Below, piece by piece: positions 29,871 through 42,656 of a stretch of 64,000 nt of DNA. Location: the NCBI GenBank assembly GCA_964016885.1, contig CAXHJY010000826.1:549-64548 (forward strand), written 5' to 3'. Below the pieces are notes generated by a model. That model did no database searches and was not told the DNA's origin. It worked only from the letters and a program-made list of their open reading frames with translations. Within the stretch, counting starts at the first letter, position 1. The number at the start of each line of letters is the position of its first letter. The stretch is from Eledone cirrhosa. Lineage: Eukaryota. A program made the translations under genes and the position numbers.

Positions 29871-30760
29871 GTGTCCTGAATATATTTTTTTTTATCCTGT
29901 TAGTATAAGTTAGATTACTTTGAATAAATAATTGTTTCTACTTTTTGGATAAGGCCAGCAATTATCCCAGTGTATTACTGGTACTTTATTTTATCGACCC
30001 TGCAAGGATGAAAGGCAAAGTTAACCTCGGCGGGATTTGAACTCAGATCATAAAGGGAGGTAACTCTATGCTTCAAAGCATGGCGTTCGACTCTCTACCG
30101 ATACCGCCAATCCACCGCCCTTACTTTGAATAAATAATTGTTTTTACTTTTGGCACAAGGCCAGCAATTATCCCAGTGTATTACTGGTACTTTATTTTAT
30201 CGACCCCGTAAGGATGAATGGCAAAGTTAACCTCGGCGGAATTTGAATAAATTTACTAAACAATTTACTTTGAATAAATAATGAATGAATATTACATAAT
30301 TTATCTACTAAATTTCGTAGCTGTTGATTAACCATAAATATTCTTATATATAATGATTGCTTATTTTAAGATTCACTTCTTTTAAAATGTTCAAATGTCA
30401 ACACTTCCGGTTAGTGTCCGTTATATTATAACACTTATTACATCGCTTATAAAAACATCCATATATTTGCATCGTTATATAAGTTTTATATTCCTGTCGC
30501 TAATTTTCTCCTTTTTCGTTCTCATTACATTTCACTGTAATGCAGTTTATATATAATATCGTCTGTTTTTTAATGTATCATGGATTACTTTACTGATTAC
30601 AGAAGACAGTGTAGCACAGTCTCTCTTCAATTTCTGTGAATATTCTCAATAACGATTTTATTTGACGTATCATATCTACATGCATATTTGCATATAATAT
30701 CAATATGCACACTACTCATGCTAGCAGAAAGACCACCCGATGGGTGGTCTTTCTGGTAGT
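29871..30760. mobile_element. Helitron-like repeat, copy 3 (inverted), with two minus-strand SINEs at ~29930-30245
   Basis: Reverse complement aligns to copies 1 and 2; hairpin at 30721-30759. Confidence 0.65.
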
Positions 30761-31088
30761 TAATATAATTCAGATGATGATGATAATGATGTATGTTGTG
30801 ATAGTTTCGATTAAATTTTGGGCATTAATTTTAATTAATAATAAATTAAAAAGTCTAAGTATTAATAGAATCCAATATAGGCAGTCATTAAAACGTTGGA
30901 TAGAATGATTTACAGCATTCGGTCCGGCTCCTTGCGCTCTGGGTTCAAATCTCGCCGCAGTCAACTTTGCCTTTCATCATTACGAGGTTGATAGATCAGA
31001 AAAAGTACCAGTTAAGTGCTGGAGTCAATTCATCCTATATATATATATTTTTTCTCACTTCTTTTCCATTATTTTGTCTATCACACAG

Positions 31089-31154
<66 letters not shown>

Positions 31155-31239
31155 TCTCTCTCTCTTCTTTTCGAGAAGAAATCGGGTGTTTAGATCTGAA
31201 GAGGAGATGGTCTCAGCCAGGTTTTAAAATTGTGAGGTG

Positions 31240-31273
<34 letters not shown>

Positions 31274-31307
31274 CACACACACACACACAAATATATACAT
31301 TATATAT

Positions 31308-33665
31308 TTCGATATTAAGAACTACTACGCCTCTATTACCCAACCACTGCTTACAGCCGCTTTGGATTACGCCAAAACTATTCCACCAATTACAGACGAG
31401 GAAATTGAAATGATATTCCACTCTAGGAAGATTGTTTTACTCTTCGAAAACTTCCCTTTGATAAAAAGAGCTCGAGACTCTCCTTTCAACGTCTGTATGG
31501 GTTCGACTGTCGGCTGAGATGACGGACCTTATAATCCAAAAATTCGTTGAAAAGGTTCCTGCGTTCGCTGGTGGTCTGTACCGAGATGACGGGTTTGTTA
31601 CCCTCACACGGTATAACCCCAGTAGCATGGACAGGGTCCGTAAACACCTCATCAAATTCTTCCGGGATTTGGGTTTCTAAATCCCCCTACAGACGTCCCT
31701 TACCCGTATCAACTTTCTGGATGTAACACTCAATCTGGAGAATAATTTGTTCTACCCCTACAGGAAACCTAACGAGAATTTACACTATATCCACCGCTAT
31801 TCCAACCATCCAAGGTACATTACCAATAACTTAGTAAACCATATCTCCCTCCGCATATCACGCTTGTCGGCAAATGAGCAGATCTTCAATGAGCACGCGC
31901 CATATTACAACTAGGCCCCCAAAAGAAGCGGCTTCAGAGAAGACATTTCATATTATCCAGGCCCTTCAGCGAATCCAGCAGGCGACGCCGCCGCTCACGC
32001 CACATAACATGGTTCAACAACATATGCCGAGAACGAAACGTGGTCTACCAGTGCAACGTGAGGACGTAACACTCCAACAAAGCCTACATTGGATTAACCG
32101 CCTGCGAGTTTATGAGCCGGTATTACCAACATTCATTTAGAAACCCGCCCCGGCGACACGCTACAACACTTTCTGGCCATATTTGGAACCTCCAAGACAA
32201 TAACATTACCTATCATCTAACAAGTTGCTTACTTTCCAAGGCAAAATCCTACTCGGGAGGACGACATCCGTGTAATTTATGCTCGGAGGAAACAATCCAG
32301 ATGCTATTAGCAAGGACTAATTGTTAAACAAAAAGGATGAACTCGTTACCTCGTGTAAACACAGAATATATAGGACACATCTTACCTTTAAACCCCCTCC
32401 CGACTCAGGTGGGTAGATCTTGGTTTTATATCCTTCTCAATTACATTCTAAGATAGAGGAAACCCCAAGCTTCCTTGAGTAGAAATAGAATTTTTTCTTT
32501 GTTATTAACACTTTCTAAATACACTTAGGTGGATCTTTGCATACTTACACTATTATAAACAGTTCCTAATCTTCCTTAGGTAACCCGGAATATTTTCATT
32601 CTTGCGAAAATATACATACAACCCTTTGGAACCGGCCCAACAGATAGCTATGACACTTTACTAGACCTATTAATCATAGTTTAAGCATGATGCACACACT
32701 TACTCGTAGGCATTACCGGACCGCTGCTATGGATGGTACGGTATACACAGTTAACGTGTACTGGCATATAAACTTATATGACACTAGCGCTTAAGCACCA
32801 CCACTAACTATAGCGTCAGACTCGTTGAAGAAACCTATTAGCCAACAATCAATATTTTTTCCTTTTGCTAATGTTTGCTGATAGCTCTGACATACGTGTT
32901 AAATTGACATTTTCAGGCTTTTTGAGGAATTTACTTTGCTATAGAACCTTGGCTAATTTACAACAGTACTAGAGAAGAGATGATTAATAATAACTTTAAG
33001 ACTAAGGGTGGATTTGGGGGGCTGTTTGAAAATAAAGGAAAAATAAGTAAATTAGTGTATGAGTTGCTCTTCCCGGACTATAGAGCAATTAATTGACAAC
33101 TAGATTTCTCTGAGGAGCTGAATTAGAAATAAATTATAAATGCTTAGCTTTTTAGCAACGTGTTAGATAAGTCAAATTTAAGATAAATACACTACACTAC
33201 CCCCTTTGACTTATATATGCTGAAAATATTTTTTCTCTCGTCCCCCCCCCCCCCTTTGAATTGAAGTTCAGCACAATACCGTTTCTACAGGTTAAAAATA
33301 GTTGTTTAGGATAAAATCTCTCTTAATGCCGTGCGTGCGCACCTGACCGGCCTAGCATTTTCAGGTCAGTTCGTCTAGTGACCCCTTCCCCCTTGTATTT
33401 CGGTATGTCTAGCCCCCCCCCCCCCCCCCCCCATCCGCCAAGAAGGTAATAAATGATATACATCACTGACCACTCCCGGTGAAAGACAAGAAAAACAACA
33501 AAGTTTTTGCTTAGATTTTTTGTTTTTTTTGCTTTGACTGCATGCCCATATATGGACTGTACTCCTTGATAAGTTCAGCTAGATTCCCGCTGTTCTAATA
33601 CTGGTGGCTTAGTTCGGATCTAGCTGTGGATACGGCCGGAGCTCAGGTGTCGGGATCCTGAATCT
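31308..33665 (+). mobile_element. decayed Penelope-like retroelement (RT plus C-terminal GIY-YIG, long 3' region ending in an HHR)
   Basis: FDIKNYYASIT, FNVCMGS, GLYRDDG (YRDD at 31579-31590), INFLDVTLNL, YSNHP, ITWFN, VVYQC..AYIGLT, CNLCSEE, LNKKDELVTSCKH; stops, frameshifts and an internal deletion; 5'-truncated in (TA)n. Confidence 0.9.
33562..33655 (+). ncRNA. degenerate U3-A8 variant hammerhead at PLE 3' end
   Basis: CTCC-TTGATAA-GTTCAGCTAGAT..ATCTAGCTGTG-GATAC-GGCCGGAGCTCAGGT-GTC-GGGA; same layout as 54766-54859 but GAAA mutated to GATA. Confidence 0.55.
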
Positions 33666-33748
<83 letters not shown>

Positions 33749-33917
33749 GATATATACATAGAGAGAGAGAGAGAGAGAGAGAGTGAGAGTGAGAGAGAGA
33801 GAGGGGACAGAGAGAAAGAGTCATATGGAGGTTATATGGTCGACTAAAACCAGATGAAGGTGGTGCCCTAACATGGCCATAGTCTAATGGCTGAAACAAC
33901 TAATAAAATCATTGTTT

Positions 33918-34845
33918 GTTTGTTTCTACTTTCGACACAAGGTCAGCCATTACTGGTACTTTATGTTATTGACCCCGTAAAAATGAAAGACAAAATTAAT
34001 CTCGGCGGGATTTGAAATCAGAACGTAAAGGCCCGTAACTCTATTCCACAAAGCATGGCGTCTGACGCTCTACCGATTCTACCAATCCACCACTTTAATA
34101 ACAATAGTTTCTGATTTAGGCACAAGGCTAACAAATTTGGGGGAGGGCAAAGTCGATGGCATTTACCCCAGTGCATTACTGGTACTTTATTTTATCAATC
34201 CAGTATGGATGAAAGACAAAAACTAACCTCGGCTGGATTTGAACTCAGAACGAAAGGGGCTGTGCTGTAACTAGGGGCTGTGCTGTAACTAGGGGCTGTG
34301 CTGTAACTAGGGGCTGTGCTGTAACTTAACCGACGCGCCACCGATTACAGCCAATCCACCTTCCTTAATAAAAATAATAATAACGGTTTCTTATATAGGC
34401 AGAAGGCCAGCAATTTTTTTTGGGGGGAAGTCGATTAAATCGACCCCTTTATTTTATCGACCCCGTAAGGATGAAAGGCAAAGTTAACCTCGGCGGGATT
34501 TGAACTCAGAACGTAAAGGGACGTAACTATGCTGGAAAGGACGGCGTCCGACCTTCCACAGACACTGTCAATCCACCGCTTTTAATAGCATTAATAATAA
34601 TTGTTTCTACTTTTGGCACAAGGCCAGCAATTACCCAGTGTATTACTGGTACTTTATTTTATCGACCCCGTAAGGATGAAAGGCAAAGTTAACCTCGGCG
34701 GGATTTGAACTCAGAATGGCAAGGGCCGTAACTCAATGCCTCAAGGCATGGCGTCCGACCCTCTACTGATACTGGCAATCCAAATAATAATAATAATAAT
34801 AATAATTGTTTCTACGTTAGGCACAAGGCCAGCAATTATCCAGTG
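33918..34845 (-). mobile_element. tandem cluster of four tRNA-SINE copies plus a tail fragment
   Basis: Reverse-complement copies at ~33918-34092, 34103-34360 (with 18-bp GGGGCTGTGCTGTAACTA x4), 34385-34580 and 34598-34782. Confidence 0.85.
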
Positions 34846-35456
34846 CTAGAAGAAGAAGAAGAAAAAGAAGAAAAAGAAAAAGAAAAAGAAAAAGAAAAAG
34901 AAAAAGAAAAAGAAAAAGAAAAAGAAAAAGAAAAAGAAAGAAAAAGAAAAAGAAGAAGAAGAAGAAGAAATATAATCCTGCTAGGTGAATTGTGAATGAA
35001 AGCAATATGGAAGTTTCTAATAAGTATTTCAATACGTTAAAGTCGGAAGTTGGCTGAGAACAATCTAGAATGCCATATAGACATAAAGTTAATACTTTAC
35101 TAAACAAGGAAATAAATAGTTACATTAATTCCCTTTATAACAACACTGCATGCCAGCCAGCCAGCACCCGAAACCGCGCGTCTCTGCCTGTTTACATTCT
35201 TACGTATGTATATTTATATATCCTACATACAAACAGGCATATATAGACACATATATATACGTACGTATAAACACACATCCATACACATGTACATACAAAC
35301 ATATGCAGCACACATACACATGCATAAACATATATATACACACATATACATACACACACATATACATTATCGCAATCACAAACGCATGTGTACATACTTG
35401 CATTCATAAATACAAGCATATAATACTTAATGTGCTGGAGATTGTATGTGTATTGC

Positions 35457-35459
<3 letters not shown>

Positions 35460-35537
<78 letters not shown>

Positions 35538-35748
35538 TATATACATACATATATATGTATATATATATATGTATATATATATACGTATATATATATATAT
35601 ATACATATATATACATATATTATAAGCGTATATATATATACATATGTATATATATATACATATATATATATACATATGTATGTATATATATATATATATA
35701 TACGTATATATATATATACATATATATATATACGTATATATATATATG

Positions 35749-35784
<36 letters not shown>

Positions 35785-35832
35785 GTATGTACATACATTA
35801 TATATATATATATATATAATGTATGTACATAC

Positions 35833-35886
<54 letters not shown>

Positions 35887-35902
35887 CATATATATAAACA
35901 TA

Positions 35903-35941
<39 letters not shown>

Positions 35942-35995
35942 TGTATATATATATATATATAATATATATGTATGTATATATACACACACATATAG
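35460..35995. repeat. (TA)n microsatellite
   Basis: Direct inspection. Confidence 0.95.
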
Positions 35996-36145
35996 ACATG
36001 CTTGTACAATCTAGTCGCTGTTTATATCCGGAGCCGGTCAATTTCTCGATTTGAAATTTCAAAATAAACACTTGCTGAACTACTTGGGTGGGCGAAATAA
36101 TTGTTGGTGATGTTTTATAAACAGTTTTACCGTTGTTGTTTCTCA

Positions 36146-38568
36146 TAGCTCTACCGCCGCCATTACTACAACAACAGTAACAACAACAGTAACACCACCA
36201 CAGTAACTCTACCGCCGCCATTACTACAACAACAGTAACAACAACAGTAAAAACACCACCACCACAGTAGCTCTACCGCCGCCATTACTACAACAACAGT
36301 AACAACAACAGTAACAACAACAGTAACACAACCACCATCACCACCACCACAGTAGCTCTACCGCCGCCATTACTACAACAACAGTAACAACAACAGTAAC
36401 ACAACCACCACCACAGTAGCTCTACCGCCACCATTACTACAACAATAGTAACAACAACAGTAACAACACCACCACCACAGTAGCTCTACCATCGCCATTA
36501 CTACAACAACATTAACAACACCATCACCACCACCACAGTAGCTCTACCGCCGCCATTACTACCACAACAGTAACAACAACAGTAACAACACCACCACCAC
36601 AGTAGCTCTACCGCCGCCATTACTACAACAACAGTAACAACACCACCACCACCACCACAGTAGCTCTACCGCCGCCATTACTACAACAACAGTAACAACA
36701 ACAGTAACACAACCACCACCACCACCACCACCACAGTAGCTCTACCACCGCCATTACTACAACAACAGTAACAACAACAGTAACACAACCACCATCACCA
36801 CCACCACAGTAGCTCTACCGCCGCCATTACTACAACAACAGTAACAACAACAGTAACACAACCACCATCACCACCACCACAGTAGCTCTAGCACCACCAT
36901 TACTACAACAAAAGTAACAACAACAGTAACACAACCACCACCACCACCACCACCACCACAGTAGCTCTACCACCGCCATTACTACAACAACAGTAACAAC
37001 AACAGTAACACAACCACCATCACCACCACCACAGTAGCTCTACCGCCGCCATTACTACAACAACAGTAACAACAACAGTAACACAACCACCATCACCACC
37101 ACCACAGTAGCTCTACCACCGCCATTACTACAACAACAGTAACAACAACAGTAACACAACCACCACCACCACCACCACAGTAGCTCTACCACCACCATTA
37201 CTACAACAACAGTAACAACAACAGTAACACAACCACCACCACCACCACCACCACAGTAGCTCTACCACCGCCATTACTACAACAACAGTAACAACAACAG
37301 TAACACAACCACCATCACCACCACCACAGTAGCTCTACCGCCGCCATTACTACAACAACAGTAACAACAACAGTAACACAACCACCATCACCACCACCAC
37401 AGTAGCTCTACCGCCGCCATTACTACAACAACAGTAACAACAACAGTAACACAACCACCATCACCACCACCACAGTAGCTCTACCACCGCCATTACTACA
37501 ACAACAGTAACAACACCACCACCACCACCACAGTAACTCTACCGCCGCCATTACTACAACAACAGTAACAACAACAACAACAGTAACACCATCACCACCA
37601 CCACAGTAGCTCTACCGCCGCCATTACTACAACAACAGTAACAACAACAGTAACAACACCACCACCACCACCACAGAAGCTCTTCCGCCGCCATTACTTC
37701 AACAACAGTAACAACAACAGTAACACAACCACCATAACCACCACCACAGTAGCTCTACCGCCGCCATTACGACAACAACAGTAACAACAACAGTAACAAC
37801 ACCACCACCACCACCACAGTAGCTCTACCGCCGCCATCTCTACAACAACAGTAACAACAACAGTAACACAACCACCATAACCACCACCACAGTAGCTCCA
37901 CCGCCGCCATTACTACATCAACAGTAACAACAACAGTAACACCACCACCACCACGACCACCACAGTAGCTCTACCGCCGCCATTACGACAACAACAGTAA
38001 CAACAACAGTAACAACACCACCACTACCACCAGAGTAGCTCTACCGCCGCCATCTCTACAACAACAGTAACAACAACAGTAACACAACCACCATCACCAC
38101 CACCACAGTAGCTCTACCACCGCCATTACTACAACAACAGTAACAACACCACCACCACCACCACAGTAACTCTACCGCCGCCATTACTACAACAACAGTA
38201 ACAACAACAACAACAGTAACACCATCACCACCACCACAGTAGCTCTACCGCCGCCATTACGACAACAACAGTAACAACAACAGTAACAACACCACCACCA
38301 CCACCACAGTAGCTCTACCGCCGCCATCTCTACAACAACAGTAACAACAACAGTAACACAACCACCATAACCACCACCACAGTAGCTCCACCGCCGCCAT
38401 TACTACATCAACAGTAACAACAACAGTAACACCACCACCACCACGACCACCACAGTAGCTCTACCGCCGCCATTACGACAACAACAGTAACAACAACAGT
38501 AACAACACCACCACCACCACAGTAGCTCTACCGCCGCCATTACTACAACAACAGTAACAACAACAACA
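36146..38568. repeat. variable-length (~55-75 bp) minisatellite
   Basis: Core CACAGTAGCTCTACCGCCGCCATTACTACAACAACAGTAAC plus variable (AAC)n/(CAC)n tracts. Confidence 0.96.
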
Positions 38569-39844
38569 ACCTCTAGGGGTTGTATCGATGAACATTACAC
38601 TCAGGTATTTATTGCTATCATACCATGAGTTTATTCTATTAGCGTTGTTCCTAGTTCTTTCTATTCTATTCCAAAATTTGCTCCTATACAAGGGGCAGGT
38701 CCCATTTATGTCATTATTTACCATTTTTTCCCATTTGGTTCTGGCTCCTCTATACACTCTGATTTTATCCAGAACCAAATGGGAAAAAATGGTAAATAAT
38801 GACATAAATGGGACCTGCCCCTTGTATAGGAGCAAATTTTGGAATAGAATAGAAAGAACTAGGAACAACGCTAATAGAATAAACTCATGGTATGATAGCA
38901 ATAAATACCAGAGTGTAATGTTCATCGATACAACCCCTAGAGGTGAATTAGCTTACAAATTTAGAAGGGCCCTAAATAAACATAAACTCAATATTAAGAT
39001 AGTAGAAAGACCAGGTACCTCCGTAAAAACACACATTAGCAAGACATACCCTTTTCAAAGACCCTCATGTATAGATAAGAAATGTATAACCTGTAAAATA
39101 AGCCCCCATATTAACTGTAAAACTAGAAATGTAGTGTATAGCATAAGATGAACCGAAGGACAATGTAGAGACAAAAATATAGTGTACTTAGGTAAGACAG
39201 CTCGTAGTGTAGGGGAACGGATAAATGAACACTGGCGAGACCTTCAAGATAGTAAAGAATCATATGTACTCTACCAACATGCTAAAATAGAACACAAGGG
39301 TAAATTAGAGAACATAGAAATAAAAATAGAATCTACACACAGAAAAGACGCAATGTTTAGACAAATTACAGAGGCAATAAACATAAAAGAATTACAACCA
39401 AAATTAAATAGAAAATATGAGTGGAACAGCAACATCACAACTTACAATTAAGGACAAAATGAAAACACACACACACATAGAACAAACAACCAACCAGTAA
39501 CATGTAAATAAACAAATAAATAAATGAACATAAACACACACGGACACCCGGATGTGGCGCATGCGCAGACTGAGCACACAACACACACACAGAAACAAAA
39601 TGGCGTAGGACAGAACAAAGGAGAGGCACAGAAACAAAGAAAGGAATCCCCAGTCACTGAAGAGGTCACAGAGTGTGTGACGAAAGAACTATGACAATAT
39701 ATAAACAACTATCTGGTTGTGGAACCAACCAACCAACCAGAAATTTATAAATTTATAAATTTATTATAAATTTATTATAATAAATTGAAGTGAAAGCAAC
39801 TGGTGCGTGTGTTTCTTATTGGAAACATGACCCTCCCAAAGTAT

Positions 39845-39850
<6 letters not shown>
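38569..39850 (+). mobile_element. 5'-truncated Penelope-like element (GIY-YIG endonuclease pseudogene) with inverted 5' duplication and HHR
   Basis: CITC..NCKTRNVVYSIR*..VYLGKTARSVGERINEH..HAKIEH..RQITEAINI..LNRKYEW; 176-bp arms at 38569-38744 and 38769-38944. Confidence 0.9.
39653..39695 (+). ncRNA. minimal type I hammerhead ribozyme in PLE pseudo-LTR
   Basis: GTCA-CTGAAGA-GGTCACA..TGTGAC-GAAA-GAAC-TA-TGAC. Confidence 0.8.
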
Positions 39851-39900
<50 letters not shown>

Positions 39901-39907
<7 letters not shown>

Positions 39908-40638
39908 AATAAGGGCGCTGCGGAGTTGCAAATGTGTTACATATGAAAAAAGTTTGTCCTTCATCAGTGATCTTCCAATCATCATAGATATTGCATCGCT
40001 TTAAAGACCATATACTTCCGGTTGGTGCGAGCAACGGCTAAAAAAAGTCGTTGGGACACGTAAATAAAGGGGACGCGATGGTAAACAAACAAAATGGTGA
40101 AGCAACAGAAAGTGAGGAAGAAAGAGACAAGTCCCAGATTTCTATGAATTTAAGTTCGGTGAAATCGTGAACGAGAGAGAATAAAGACCATCAAACCTGG
40201 TTGAAATGTGAGCAAGGAAGGAATTTCGCACAGGTCTAACGGGAGGAAGAAGGGATCTGGTCTGCGAATTCGGTAAACATAAGTTCTGTGAAATCGTAGA
40301 CGAGAGAGAGAAAAAATTCCGACCAGCTTGGCCGAGAATGCGAGAGAAAAGAATTACTCACAGGTCAAACGGGAAGAAAGAGGAGGAGGAGAGGTAGTGA
40401 CAGAGAATGAGTGAGTGAAGGGTGAGGAAGAGGCTAACAGAAAGAGAGAGACTGTTAGAAAGGGTAAAGATACATAGCACGAAAAAGACGTGTAGCAGCA
40501 GAGGAAAAAATATGTGTAAATATGATAATAAGGGCGCTGCGGAGTTGCAAATGGGTTACATATGAAAAAAGTTTGTCCTTCATCAGTGATCTTCCAACCA
40601 TCATAGGCATTTCATCGCTTTAAAGACCATATACCTCC

Positions 40639-40640
<2 letters not shown>
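39901..40640. mobile_element. 740-bp insertion in (TA)n with ~120-bp terminal direct repeats (period 619)
   Basis: 39901-40021 matches 40520-40640; internal ~129-bp duplication (40152 vs 40281). Confidence 0.8.
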
Positions 40641-40683
<43 letters not shown>

Positions 40684-41109
40684 ATGTATATATATGTATA
40701 TATATATAAGTATGTATGTATGTTCTTCTGGTTTTATAATTTCACAATTCTTTCCCATTAGAGAGAGAGTCGGTTTCTAACAGACACAAGACTCTCTCAT
40801 TGGAATTTACACAACATCAACTAGGTAGATATATATGTATGCATGCATGTGTAGATATGGATGTTATTGTATGTGTGGATGTGTATGTTTGCGTTGTATG
40901 TGTGCATGTGTATATGCTTTGTATCTGTACATGTGTATATGCAGTTATTAGATGCAACATTTTTGGAATGTTTTACATATTTTTACTGTTCCATTAATGG
41001 ATTGCACTTGTAGTTTCCTAACATGTGTATGTATGTATGTGTGTGAGTATGTATATGTATATAAGTGTGTGTATATAAGTGTATTTCTATTCTTCTGGTT
41101 TCATTATTT

Positions 41110-41293
41110 TTTGGCAGTATTGGTAGAGGGTCGGATGCCATGCTTTGCGACATAGAGTTATGCCCCTTTAGGGTCTGAGTTCAAATCCCGCCGAGGTTCA
41201 CTTTGCCTTTCACCCTTGCGGGGTCGATAAAATAAAGTACCAGTAATGTACTGGGATAATTGCTGGCCTTGTGCCAAAAAGTAGAAACAATTA
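41110..41293 (+). mobile_element. tRNA-derived SINE
   Basis: Same family as 9452-9672. Confidence 0.85.
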
Positions 41294-42063
41294 TTTTATG
41301 AATTAGAGGGAGAGCCGGTTTCTAACATAGATACAAGACTGTTTCATTGAAATTTAGGTAAATATGTATGTCTGCATGCTTGTGTGTATGTGCTGGTGTG
41401 TATGTATGTGTGTATGTCTACCTGCATGTGTGTGTGTGTGTGTGTGTGTGTCTGAGTGTGTGCGAGTGTGTGCGAGTGTGTGCGTGTGTGTGTGTGCAAG
41501 TATTGATGTTATTGTCTGTGTGTAGCTGTATGTTTTGAGTTATATATGTACATGTGCATATAATTTGTATCGATACATGTGTGTATTCAGTTATTACATG
41601 TATGTATCCCTAAATCGTCCCCTTTTCTGGCGGTGAGGAGGAAGTGTATGTTTTCGATATAATCTTGGCAATTCGAAGGATCACTAATGTCCACGTGTGA
41701 GAAAAGAAAAGCCTCTTCCCCCAGCAGCCACCGAAAATCTCCACCACCATCCTACCTCTCACATCACAAAATATGGGGTTTACAAGTTGCTCAGCGTATC
41801 CCTAAACTATCCCTCTCAATTGGCTGTTAATGTCTGACGATATATTGCAGACTCAGTCAATATGGCCGCACAGTTTCAGACGGTCAGTCTATTTTATACA
41901 TTATCTCATCTGTTGTAATTGACCGACAGTTCTTCGCCATAGTAATCGCTTGGTTTCTTTTATATCAAGTTATTTGTAGTTAATACTAAACAGTTTGGTA
42001 TATTTATATCTTAATGGAGAACTTATAGTTACAACTCAACACGATAGCGCCGAAAATACATTA

Positions 42064-42622
42064 GTGTGTGTGTGTGTGTATGTGTGTGTGTGTGGCTGTA
42101 TGACTGCGTGTGTGTGTGTGTGTGTGTGTGTGTCTGTGTGTGCGTGTGTGTATCTGTGTATGTCTGTGTGACTCTGTGTGTGTGTGTCTGTGTGTGTGTG
42201 TGTGTGTGACTGTGTGTTGTGTGTCTGTGTGTCTGTGTCTGTGTGACTGTGTGTGTATGTGTGGGTGTGCATCTGTATGTGTGTGTGTGTGTGTCTGTGT
42301 GTGTGTATGTGTGTGTGTCTGTGTAACTGTGTGTATGTGTGGGTGTGCATCTGTATGTGTGTGTGTGTGTGAGTGCGTGCCTGTGTGTCTGTGTCTGTGT
42401 GTGTGTGTGTATGTGTGTGTGTGTGTGTGTTTGTGTAACTGTGTGTGTATATGTGAGTGTGCATCTGTGTGTGTCTGTGTGTGTGAGTGCGCGTGTTTGT
42501 CTGTGTGCCCGTGTGTGTGTGTGTGTGAGTGTGTGTCTGTGTGTGTGAGTGTGTCTGTGTGTGTGAGTGTGCATGTGTGTGTGTGTCTGTGTGTGTGTCT
42601 GTGTGCCTGTGTGTGTGAGTGT
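42064..42622. repeat. (GT)n-derived repeat
   Basis: Direct inspection. Confidence 0.93.
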
Positions 42623-42656
42623 AAGGTAGGAGTGGGATGAGGAGGTAATGACTTGT

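Noticed and set aside
33105-33142. CTGAGGA-GCTGAATTA-GAAA in the PLE 3' region
   Set aside because: No convincing stem II or stem I
38473-38925. Antisense ORF mirroring the PLE ORF
   Set aside because: Artefact of the 176-bp inverted duplication
41830-41875. CTGACGA followed by a hairpin
   Set aside because: GAAA half of the core is missing
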